A stretch of DNA of 64,000 nucleotides from an uncultured bacterium (GTDB taxonomy: Bacteria > Chloroflexota > UBA5177 > JANWHV01). Under the pieces are notes generated by a model. That model searched no databases. It was not told where the DNA came from and saw nothing but the letters and a program-made list of their open reading frames with translations. This document shows positions 18,745 through 27,893 of this stretch, piece after piece; positions within the stretch are counted from its first letter, which is position 1; every line of letters starts with the position of its first letter. A program made the position numbers and the translations under genes. Location of the stretch: positions 160,001 to 224,000 of the forward strand of contig CAWHAE010000016.1 in NCBI GenBank assembly GCA_963827235.1, read 5' to 3'.

Positions 18745-19506
18745 CTACTTCTTGCGCCTGAATTCTCCAAGGCGCCTGCGCACGACGTAGGAGAACGCCT
18801 CGACCACGATGTGCTGCGACATCTTGGATTGGCCGAGGCGGCGGTCCGGAAACACGATCGGAAACTCGCCGATTCGGAAGCCTGCTTTGTACGCCTGAAA
18901 CACGGTCTCGATCTGGAAAGCGTAGCCTTGCAGGTTGATGCGGTCGAGGTCGAACGCCGCCAGAACAGACCTGCGATAGCACTTGAAACCGGCCGTGCAG
19001 TCCCTCACCGGAAGACGGAGCACGTTCCGGGCGAACACGTTACCGCCTCCGCTGATGATGCGCCGGACGAGGCGCCAGTCGGGCGTAGCTCCACCGGCGA
19101 CATAGCGCGAGCCAATCACAAGGTCATAGCTCTCGGCCATCGCCAGGAGGTCGGGAAGGTACTTCGGATTGTGCGAGAAGTCGGCGTCCATCTCGAACAC
19201 GCACGTGAAGTCGCTCTCAAGGGCAAACCGGAAGCCGGCGATGTAGGCTGTACCCAGGCCAAGCTTGCCCGGCCGGTGCATCACGTGAATGCCGCCCAGC
19301 TTCGCGCTGAGCTCCTCGGCAAGCCGGCCCGTGCCGTCGGGAGAATGGTCGTCGATGATGAGAATCTCGACCTTGGGGAGGCTGTCCCTGACCGCCTGAA
19401 CAATCGCTTCGAGGTTCTCGCGCTCGTTATACGTGGGGATGACGACTAGGGGCCGGCGCGTCACGGGAACAAACTGATCGTCTGTCGTCGATTGGGCGCC
19501 CTGCAT
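18745..19506 (-). CDS. Polyprenol monophosphomannose synthase (GT2, Dpm1/Ppm1-like)
   Basis: VIPTYNEREN, DDHSPDGTG, GKLGLGTAY, EMDADFSH, GYAFQIE, FPDRRLGQSKMS. Confidence 0.9.
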   Translation of the reverse strand: MQGAQSTTDDQFVPVTRRPLVVIPTYNERENLEAIVQAVRDSLPKVEILIIDDHSPDGTGRLAEELSAKLGGIHVMHRPGKLGLGTAYIAGFRFALESDFTCVFEMDADFSHNPKYLPDLLAMAESYDLVIGSRYVAGGATPDWRLVRRIISGGGNVFARNVLRLPVRDCTAGFKCYRRSVLAAFDLDRINLQGYAFQIETVFQAYKAGFRIGEFPIVFPDRRLGQSKMSQHIVVEAFSYVVRRRLGEFRRKK

Positions 19507-19771
19507 CTTCTGCTTGTCTATCCTACCCGCTACACACGTACCACGGTAGTGTACGAACCCAAAACTTGAGAGTCAAGCGTGCGACGGCTATTGACGTCAC
19601 GAAGCGATCGGTGCCACGTTGTATTGAAGCGTCGAGATGCCGCGGTCGGGACGGACGGCGTAGCGGCATACGATGGGCGAGGATGCCCAGCTATTTACAA
19701 CGTATGTGCCCAGTGTTACAGTACGCGAGAATGCTGGCTATCTAGAGCCAACGTGCTTTAGAGGTGTGTGT

Positions 19772-22700
19772 GTGACCAGGGAGCGACCGTCGCGAGCACG
19801 TTCGGGCATCAGACGCCTGATCGTTGCCCTAGCAGTAGTTCTGGTGCTGGCCCCTCGCAGTCCATCCTTAACGCAACCTAGGCTCTACGCGGCTGCGGAC
19901 CCACTGCAGTCGCTTACCCATCCCACCACGGCCGACCTGCAGAGGGCGTTTGCCGCGGTCGGCACGGGCCATCTGCCTTCCGACTACCCTTCCACGGTGA
20001 GAGACGGTCTCGTTCCCACCACGTTGCTCGAGGCGGTAGCATGGGCGGAGAGCAAGTGGCGCCAGTACGACAGCAAGAACAAGCCGCTGGTCAGCGCCGA
20101 CGGCGGTTACGGCATCATGCAGGTGACGACCGGCATGGCGCCCGGCCAGCTCCCAAAGGGAATCCAGTCGGCCATAGCCAACAATCTGCTCTACAACGTG
20201 GGCTTCGGGGCGCAGGTCTTGATGCAGAAGCTCCATCTCACGCCAAGAATCGGCAACGGCGATCCGTCGGTGCTCGAGCACTGGTACTACGCGCTCTGGG
20301 CATACAACGCCTGGGGATGGGGCAACAACCCTACCAATCCCCAGTACACGCGGGTCGGTACACCGGACAGCAGCCCCTGGGCGTATCCGTATCAGGAGCG
20401 GATTTTCTACTATGTCGCGCATCCTCCCCAAGGTGCGGACGGGCGTCCCCTCTGGAAGGCGATACCGGTGGTGCCGCCATCGGCGAAAGCAATCGGGGCT
20501 GACCCCGGGCGGCTACCCGAGGTCGCCCACCCGCACAAGGACTCCGCGCCGCCGGCGACCAACCTGGCCATGCAATCCGAACGCGGCGCCAGGTTCATCG
20601 CCGACCTCACAATCCGGGACGGCACCGTGCTACAGCCGGGTCAACGCTTCAGCAAGACGTGGCGACTGCAGAACGACGGCACCGTCACGTGGGGAACGGG
20701 ATTCCGGCTGATGCCCGCCGGCGGTCCCGACCTCGGTTCGGACGCAGGGGTAGCAGTGGGAGTAACTCCTCCGTTGGCCACCGTCGACGTCGCGGTGGGC
20801 CTCGTGGCGCCGAACGTGGCCGGCAAATACAGAGAATACTGGCAAATGGTGGGTACAAACGGCCAGGGGTTCGGCACTCGCGTATGGGTGAGCATAGTGG
20901 TCGCCCAGGGTAAGTCCCCTGCAGGCACGGCTGCCGGCAGTGGTACCGCGACACCAATCGGGTCCTCTGTTTCGCACGATCCTGCATTGCCGACCGGAAC
21001 CATCGTCAAGCGCGGTGCCACTCCGGTGTTGAGACTGTCGCGGGCTTCCGATATCCAGCAGCTCCAGATAGCGAGTGACAGCGGTGACGGTTCTGCGTAC
21101 GCCGGTGATGTCACCATCCCGGACGGCACGGTACTGGCGCCGGGCGCACACTTCACGAAGTCCTGGCGCCTGAAGAACGTCGGCACGACGACCTGGAAGT
21201 CAGGCTACACGTGGCGTTTTCAGGCCGGGACGCTGATGTCCTCGCGCACATCGATCGCGGTACCTCAGACCGCGCCGGGCGCTACGGCGATCGTTAGCGT
21301 GCCGATGGCGGCGCCTTCGGCGACCGGCGTATACACTAGCTTCTGGCAGATGGCCAATCCCGCCGGCCGGTTCTTTCCCCACCAGGCGTGGGTGAACATC
21401 GTGGTCAAGGCCGGAGCACGTGTCGCGCCTACGCAGACACCGACCGCAACCGAGACGCCTACGGCCACGTTAGCGGCGACTATTCCTCCTGCAACCGCGC
21501 CCGCCACTGCTCCACGGAACGCGCAGCCCACCCAGGTAATCGCCGGCGGCGACGGCCGGCTGGTAGCGTCGCCGTGGGTCGGCGCCCTGGCCTACAAGAC
21601 GTACTTCTCCTTCGGTTCAACGGCCGGATCGATGCTCGAATCGATCGGTGTCTACTATCCGGGCACCGGGCTGACGCACGTGCGCTTGACACTGTACCGA
21701 CCGGATGCGGCCGAGCGTGAGCTTCAGTTCAGCCTTGCCGGCGGTGACAAGCGCGTGTTCGCCTTGAGCCGTATTGCGCCCAGCACCGGGCTCTCGGTCG
21801 CGGTAGAGGCCGACCGGCGCGTGGTGGCGGAGCGCGTGGATACATCGACGACGGGTATCATGGCAAACCCTGCCGTGGCGGCTACCGGCCGCTCATGGCT
21901 CTTCCCTGCCATACCCGGCGGAGCACCGCCGGACCAGCAGCTGGTGCTGTTCAACCCGCAGGATGCACCGGCGACGGTACATCTCCATGTTGGCGTGCTG
22001 TCCGGAGGCTGCTGCGCCGCGGACCTCACGTTTGACGTGCCGCCGAACGAGCAGTATGTGTACGACCTCGGCAGATCGCCGAGCCGCCGGGGACCGCTTT
22101 CCCTGCAGGCCGGTGAGGCGGTGGCGGTAGAACGGCTCGCCGTCTCGGGCACGATGTCGTCGATACTGGGCATCCCTGGAACGACCGCCGCGGCGCGAAC
22201 GTGGTACGTGCCTGAAGTGCACGGCGGATCGAACGGCATGGTCACGCTCTATAATCCCGGGAGCACGGCCGCACTGGTAACGATTCGTACCGCACTTACC
22301 GTGGGCAGTGGGCCCTGGCTCCGCCGCAGCATACCGGCGCGCGTCGAAGTGCGCATTCCGGTCTCCTCGCTGACGTCCGCCTCCAGGGTGTCGGCCCAGA
22401 TCGATGCCACTTCGGCCATCGTCGCAGGCAGTGAATGGCAGGATGGCACCCCGCTGCCTGTTGTAGATGTTGGGTGTCTGACCGCCGCGAACCAGTGGTC
22501 GATAATCGGCGGCCTAGGCGGAAGCTCGACCTCCGATTCGCTGTCCATCTTCAACTCTTCTGCGCGCGCGTCCCCCGTATCCATCCGGGTGCAGGCTCGG
22601 CGGTGGCAAGGCGACGACCCTGTTGTCGATCGTCGTACCCGCTCATGGACGCTACTCGCAGAGCCTTGCCGGTCGAAGCGCAGCAGGTAACGCGATCATC

Positions 22701-22799
22701 GCTGTGACGTCGGCGCAGCCCGTGACGGTAGCCCATACGGTAGTCGACGGCAGCAGCGTGGCGGTCTCACCGGCGGCGATCGTCTCCGGTTCGCCGTAG
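19772..22799 (+). CDS. Secreted multidomain protein: lytic-transglycosylase-like domain, two NBR1/FW Ig-like domains, T/P-rich linker and DUF5719-like repeats (frameshift near 22595)
   Basis: GTG 19772 after GAGGTG; AVAWAESKWRQ...GYGIMQV...ALWAYN (SLT-like); two DxTIxDGT..PG..F.K.WRL.N.GT.TW repeats; the main frame stops at 22690 but the +1 frame continues the repeat to TAG 22799. Confidence 0.8.
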
Positions 22800-22806
22800 T
22801 ATCCGC

Positions 22807-23574
22807 ATGATTCAGGCTGTCGTGGCTCCCATCCTTCTCGGCGTCGCAGGAGCCGCCTCCGGCGTTGGAATCGCCGGCATGTCCACGCAGTTCACACGCG
22901 ACAGGTCGTTGTGGCCGATGCCCATCTGCTCAGGCTGCGGCTGCGCGCGATGGAGGAGACTGATCCCGATTGCGGGCCCACTGCTAGACGAGACAACCTG
23001 TGGCTCATGCGGCGCCGAGCTGTCGCGCATGCCGGCACTCTTGGTGCAGATACTGGTGGCCGTGCTCTATGTCCTGCTGTACGAGCAGCTTGGTTTGTCC
23101 CTCAGGCTGGTGATTTCATGCGTCGAGACGGCGTTGCTGGTCTCGCTGGCCCTCGTGGATGCCCAGCAAAGGCTGATTCCGACACTGCTTGTGGGGCCGG
23201 CGATCGTGTTCGCGATCGCGGTGAGCCCGGCGTGGCCAAATCTCGGTTTCGTGCAAAGCCTGTTGGGCGGTGCCATAGGATTTGGATTGTTCCTTGCGCT
23301 GGCACTGTTTGCGCGGTTCGTGTTCGGCGAGGGAGCGCTCGGCGGCGGCGACGTGATGCTGGCCGGGCTAATCGGCGCCATGTGCGGCTATCCGCTGCTC
23401 ATACTCGCGCTTGCTGTGGGCGCGCTCTTCGGCGGCTTTGGTGCGGCCGCAGTGCTCGTGCTGAGGCGGTCGGCGTTCGGTACGGCGATACCGTATGGCC
23501 CATACCTCGTGGGCGGCGTCCTGTACGTCATGTTGAGCGGGTATCTCGTGCATTCGCCCTTTGCGATCCCGTAG
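22807..23574 (+). CDS. Prepilin peptidase (A24 family)
   Basis: CSGC...CGSC N-terminal Zn motif, LVDAQQRLIP and LGGGDVML aspartates, IPYGPYL; multi-TM. Confidence 0.88.
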   Translation: MIQAVVAPILLGVAGAASGVGIAGMSTQFTRDRSLWPMPICSGCGCARWRRLIPIAGPLLDETTCGSCGAELSRMPALLVQILVAVLYVLLYEQLGLSLRLVISCVETALLVSLALVDAQQRLIPTLLVGPAIVFAIAVSPAWPNLGFVQSLLGGAIGFGLFLALALFARFVFGEGALGGGDVMLAGLIGAMCGYPLLILALAVGALFGGFGAAAVLVLRRSAFGTAIPYGPYLVGGVLYVMLSGYLVHSPFAIP

Positions 23575-24777
23575 ATGCGGAACCGTCCTCCTGTTGCGTT
23601 CTCGTTCTCTGTTGACGCCCGCTCGGGCCCGGCAGCCCGCGCGGGAACGCTTGTCACTCCGCACGGCACCGTTAAGACGCCGGTCTTCATGCCCGTGGGT
23701 ACGCACGCCACAGTGAAGTCGATCAGCCCGGACGAGCTGATCGATCTTGGCGCCCAGATCATCCTTGCCAACACCTACCATCTGTCCCTCCGTCCCGGCG
23801 CCGATCTGATCGCCGAGGTTGGCGGCCTGCATTCCTTCATGGCGTGGCACGGGCCGATCCTTACCGATAGCGGCGGCTTTCAGGTCTTCAGCCTCGGTCA
23901 CCTCCGCACGGTGGATGACGACGGGGTGACGTTCAGGTCGCACATCGACGGCTCGACCCATCGCTTCACGCCTGAGAGCGTCCAGAAACTTCAGGCCCAG
24001 ATCGGCTCCGACATCGCCATGCCTCTCGATCAGTGCATCGCACTGCCTGCCAGCCAGCAGTCCGCGGAGGAGTCGATCGAGCGCACCATCCGCTGGCTCG
24101 AGCGGAGCTTCGCGGCGCACGAGCGGGAGGACCAGGCACTGTTCGGCATCGTGCAGGGTGCGACGTTTGCCGACCTTCGTCTGCGTGCCGCGCGCCAGGT
24201 GCGCGCATTCGACCCGCCCGGATACGCCATTGGAGGTCTCAGCGTGGGCGAGCCAAAGCCGGACATGCACGCCATGCTAGAGCTCCTGCATGGCGAGCTG
24301 CCGCACGACAAGCCCCGATATCTGATGGGTGTCGGCGCCCCCGAAGACCTGGTCGAATGCGTGGCGCGCGGCGTCGACATGTTCGACGTGGTACTTCCAA
24401 CGCGGATAGCGCGCAATGGAACCCTACTGAGTCGAGAAGGCAGGATCAACCTACGCAATGCCAAGCATGCGCGCGACGGCCGGCCCGCCGATCCGGACTG
24501 TCGCTGCCCGACCTGCCGCACCTACTCGGTGGCCTACCTGCATCACCTCTTCCAGTGCGAAGAGCTGCTTGCCTATCGACTGGCCACACTGCACAACGTC
24601 TGGTTCATGACCAGCCTCATAGCCGCCATTCGCGAGAGTATCCTGCGAGATAGCTTCGAGACATTTCGCCGCGAGTTTCACGAGCGCTATCGTCCTCCGG
24701 ACAGGCAGGCGGCCGACGAGCAGCGAGCCAGGAGAAAGCCGAGCAGGCGACGCGCCGGGGACGTGGAGGAAGAATGA
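23575..24777 (+). CDS. tgt: Queuine tRNA-guanine transglycosylase
   Basis: TPVFMPVGT, LTDSGGFQVFSL, FGIVQG, IGGLSVGE, PRYLMGVG, CRCPTC...HN. Confidence 0.97.
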   Translation: MRNRPPVAFSFSVDARSGPAARAGTLVTPHGTVKTPVFMPVGTHATVKSISPDELIDLGAQIILANTYHLSLRPGADLIAEVGGLHSFMAWHGPILTDSGGFQVFSLGHLRTVDDDGVTFRSHIDGSTHRFTPESVQKLQAQIGSDIAMPLDQCIALPASQQSAEESIERTIRWLERSFAAHEREDQALFGIVQGATFADLRLRAARQVRAFDPPGYAIGGLSVGEPKPDMHAMLELLHGELPHDKPRYLMGVGAPEDLVECVARGVDMFDVVLPTRIARNGTLLSREGRINLRNAKHARDGRPADPDCRCPTCRTYSVAYLHHLFQCEELLAYRLATLHNVWFMTSLIAAIRESILRDSFETFRREFHERYRPPDRQAADEQRARRKPSRRRAGDVEEE

Positions 24778-25064
24778 GCGGGACGAGGAGCAAGCGCATT
24801 CACGCAGTAGTAACAGGACGCGTGCAGAACGTCGGATTCAGAATGTGGGTTCTGAACAGGGCGGAAGCGCAGGGGCTCACAGGCTGGGTAAGAAACGCGA
24901 TCGATTCGCGCAAGGTGGAGCTGGAAGCACAGGGCGACGAGCACGCCGTCGACGACCTGGTGCGTGACCTCCACGAGGGTCCTCCCAGCGCGCGGGTCGT
25001 CTCGGTCGACGTCGATTCGCGCCCCCTGGACACGCACGACGACCACGCCTTTCACCTGCGCTAG
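24774..25064 (+). CDS. acyP: Acylphosphatase
   Basis: VTGRVQNVGFR, GLTGWVRN, GPPSARV; ATGA overlap with tgt. Confidence 0.93.
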   Translation: MSGTRSKRIHAVVTGRVQNVGFRMWVLNRAEAQGLTGWVRNAIDSRKVELEAQGDEHAVDDLVRDLHEGPPSARVVSVDVDSRPLDTHDDHAFHLR

Positions 25065-25311
25065 CGGCCGGCACACCGCCGCGGGCAGTCCTTACCGAAT
25101 CCGATTCCGCCTGCTCGGACTGGTGGAGTGCCTCTGGGACTCTCCGGCGCCGTGCACCATCATGGCGCCGGGCAGTAAATCTGCGTTCGTCAAAGATGTT
25201 AGCATTCGTTGGATATCTGCAGCACTGCTGAGTGCGCAGCGGACCGCCGTACTCGTGCGCTGGCATATCTGAAGCACGGCGTGCGGCCACACGGGGAGAA
25301 CGCCAAGAATC

Positions 25312-26727
25312 ATGCGACGCATCTGTGTTGCGGGTACCGGCTATGTCGGCTTGACCACCGGAACCTGTTTTGCCGACCTCGGAAATGACGTGACCTGTCT
25401 CGACGTGGACAACGCCAAAATAGCCGGACTCCGGCGCGGCGAGATGCCGATCTACGAGCCCGGCCTCTCCGAGCTGGTGGCGCACAACCAGGCTGCAGGT
25501 CGCCTGCGCTTCCTCGCAGAATCCGAGGAGGATGCGTACGAGCGTGCGCTCAACGAAGCAGAGTTCATCTTCATCGCCGTCAGTACCCCCACCTCTCCAG
25601 GATCCGATCGCGCGGATCTGAGCGCCGTGCGCGCCTGCGCGCGCCGCATCGCCCGCTCGCTGCGCAACCATACCGTGATCATTAACAAGAGTACGGTGCC
25701 GATTGGAGCGGGCGACTGGGTGGCGGCGATCATCGACAGGTACCGCTCCCCCGAGACCACGTTCTCAGTCGTCTCCAACCCTGAGTTCCTGCGCGAAGGC
25801 AGCGCCGTCGTCGACTTCATGCAACCGGATAGGGTTGTGCTGGGCTCAACCGATCGAGCGGCGGCAGAGAGCGTCGCGCAGCTCTACCTCACGCTGCGCT
25901 GTCGCGTCATGATCACCGATCTGCGCACGGCAGAGATGATCAAGTATGCCTCGAACGCCTTCCTCGCCACGAGCATATCGTTCATCAACGAGATTGGCCG
26001 CATCTGTGAGCGGCTCGGCGCGGACGTGAAGGAAGTTGCGGCGGGCATGGGCTACGACAAGCGCATCGGCGGCGCCTTCCTGGACGCCGGGCTCGGATTC
26101 GGCGGAAGCTGCTTCCCCAAGGACGTCAAGGCGCTTGCCCATATGGCCGACTTCAGCGGCTGCCATCCGCAACTGTTGCGGGCCGTGCTGGACATCAACT
26201 ACGACCAGCGTAGCTACGCGGTCGGTAAGATGGAGGAAGCGCTGGGAACGCTCGAGGGCAAGCACGTCGGCTTGCTCGGTCTGGCCTTCAAGCCCAACAC
26301 CGACGACATGCGAGAAGCCCCCTCGGTCGACATAGTGGCGCAGCTTCAGGCCGGTGGGGCATCGGTCGCAGTGTATGACCCACAGGCGCGAGAGACCTCC
26401 CGCAAAGCGATTCACGATGTTCGGTACGGCAAGGACGCCTATGACGTCGCGGCAGGCGCCGATGCCTTGATCCTGGTCACCGAGTGGCGTGAGTTCCGTG
26501 CCCTGGATCTCAAGCGTCTGCGCGCCCTGATGCGCACGCCGATATTCCTCGATGGACGCAACATCTACGATCCGGACACGGTACGTGCCGCCGGCTTTAG
26601 CTATCTCGGGATGGGTCGCGGCTACATACCTGAGCCGTTCGCAGGCGACATCGAGCAGGAGTTATACCTGATGCCGGACAACGACAGCGTGAACGGTACG
26701 ACCAACAAGGCCGGCGCGCTTGCCTAA
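25312..26727 (+). CDS. ugd: UDP-glucose 6-dehydrogenase
   Basis: [51 protein letters not shown]. Confidence 0.95.
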   Translation: MRRICVAGTGYVGLTTGTCFADLGNDVTCLDVDNAKIAGLRRGEMPIYEPGLSELVAHNQAAGRLRFLAESEEDAYERALNEAEFIFIAVSTPTSPGSDRADLSAVRACARRIARSLRNHTVIINKSTVPIGAGDWVAAIIDRYRSPETTFSVVSNPEFLREGSAVVDFMQPDRVVLGSTDRAAAESVAQLYLTLRCRVMITDLRTAEMIKYASNAFLATSISFINEIGRICERLGADVKEVAAGMGYDKRIGGAFLDAGLGFGGSCFPKDVKALAHMADFSGCHPQLLRAVLDINYDQRSYAVGKMEEALGTLEGKHVGLLGLAFKPNTDDMREAPSVDIVAQLQAGGASVAVYDPQARETSRKAIHDVRYGKDAYDVAAGADALILVTEWREFRALDLKRLRALMRTPIFLDGRNIYDPDTVRAAGFSYLGMGRGYIPEPFAGDIEQELYLMPDNDSVNGTTNKAGALA

Positions 26728-27275
26728 CAAGCGCGTGCCCCGGCTCGCCTGGCCGACAGGCCCTGCGCGGTGGGAGTGCCCTGAGGCACGCCTTCGCGGC
26801 GCCTAAGACAGCGAGGAACCGACCCGGTCGCGTCGTGCGAGATGCCGCCGACCGGACCGGTGACACGAGTATCGGCGGGGTGCCATCGTCCGCGCCCGCA
26901 TTGGCCGACCGCTGCGCACAGCACTCGGATCGCCGCGGCGCGCCTTTGGCTCTGCGTCCGAGGCGCCGGCACGCCCAGGGCCCGGCCGCCATGCCGGCGC
27001 TCTGGGCGACGGCGTCCCCAGCGCACGATGAAGAGGCGGCGCCCGCCAGTCTGCAGGAGCCGCGCGAGCCTCGTAGTAGAGCGCTTCAGACCTGCCTCAT
27101 GGGCCGGGTCGGGGAGCCCCCGGAGGCAAGGCCAGGCAGCCGCGGAACCAGACGAACGCCCCTTTCGTCAAGCCACTTATCGTGATCTGGCAGGTTATGG
27201 ATCCTTAACGTGGTCTCAACGCTGTAATAACATTCCCAGCCTACGATGATAGTGCGTCGAGGACGGAGCGAATTC

Positions 27276-27389
27276 CACCTTCGACAGAAATGTGACAGAG
27301 TACTTGTTGAAAGGACCGTCGGAGGCGACCGCCGAGCCCAAGACCCAGGGCCTTCGCCCAACCGCATTCGGTCACAGTCGAAGTGAGGT
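27276..27389 (+). promoter_or_regulatory. Putative structured 5' leader abutting the RBS
   Basis: CTTCGAC(27279-85)/GTCGAAG(27377-83), TGTGAC/GTCACA, GTTG/CAAC and AAGG/CCTT nested pairings; RBS GAGGT directly after. Confidence 0.45.
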
Positions 27390-27396
27390 AACGACC

Positions 27397-27618
27397 ATGC
27401 CACGTCTGCTCAAGCGTCAGGAAGCCCCGTTTGAAGGTCGCGTCACGGGACGGGTGCCGGTGTGCATCGCCTGCGGCAACCGACGTACCTTCTGGGTGAA
27501 GCGCGACGGCCAGAACGCAGTCGCGAATGCCTGGGATCTGGCGCAAGATGACGCGATCGTCGCCTGCGGTCGGTGCCGCTCCCGCAACTCCGTTCTCTAC
27601 GATTGCAACGACGCGTAA
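27397..27618 (+). CDS. Small zinc-ribbon protein (73 aa)
   Basis: GAGGT RBS; CIACGN...CGRCRS; followed by a terminator. Confidence 0.75.
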   Translation: MPRLLKRQEAPFEGRVTGRVPVCIACGNRRTFWVKRDGQNAVANAWDLAQDDAIVACGRCRSRNSVLYDCNDA

Positions 27619-27648
27619 ACTCCTTCCCTTTTCCCTCCCACCCGCGCA

Positions 27649-27680
27649 AGGGGCTCCACGCTACCGTGGAGCCCCTTTCG
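27649..27680 (+). terminator. Intrinsic terminator hairpin
   Basis: AAGGGGCTCCACG-CTAC-CGTGGAGCCCCTT perfect stem with a short T run. Confidence 0.75.
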
Positions 27681-27893
27681 TGTGCGTGGCGCCGGCCTAC
27701 CGGCGGTTATGCGGATACGGCCGTCGAATAGAGCCGGCCAACCCTGTACACTAACGATACGGGCCACGGAGCGCGCCTGGCCTCGCGCGACCGCTACCAC
27801 GGCGGTAGCCCAGTCCGTGCGTCGGCGGCCAACCCGAACCACGCCTGACGCTGAAGAGTTGTCCATGAGGTTTGGGCGGAGCCCGCCTGACAT

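Noticed and set aside
19600-19771. Hairpins upstream of the SLT gene as a c-di-AMP (ydaO) riboswitch
   Set aside because: The conserved ydaO sequence elements are absent, and short GC stems are expected by chance
27690-27893. LexA (SOS) box upstream of uvrA
   Set aside because: No convincing GAAC-N4-GTTC or CTGT-N8-ACAG site was seen
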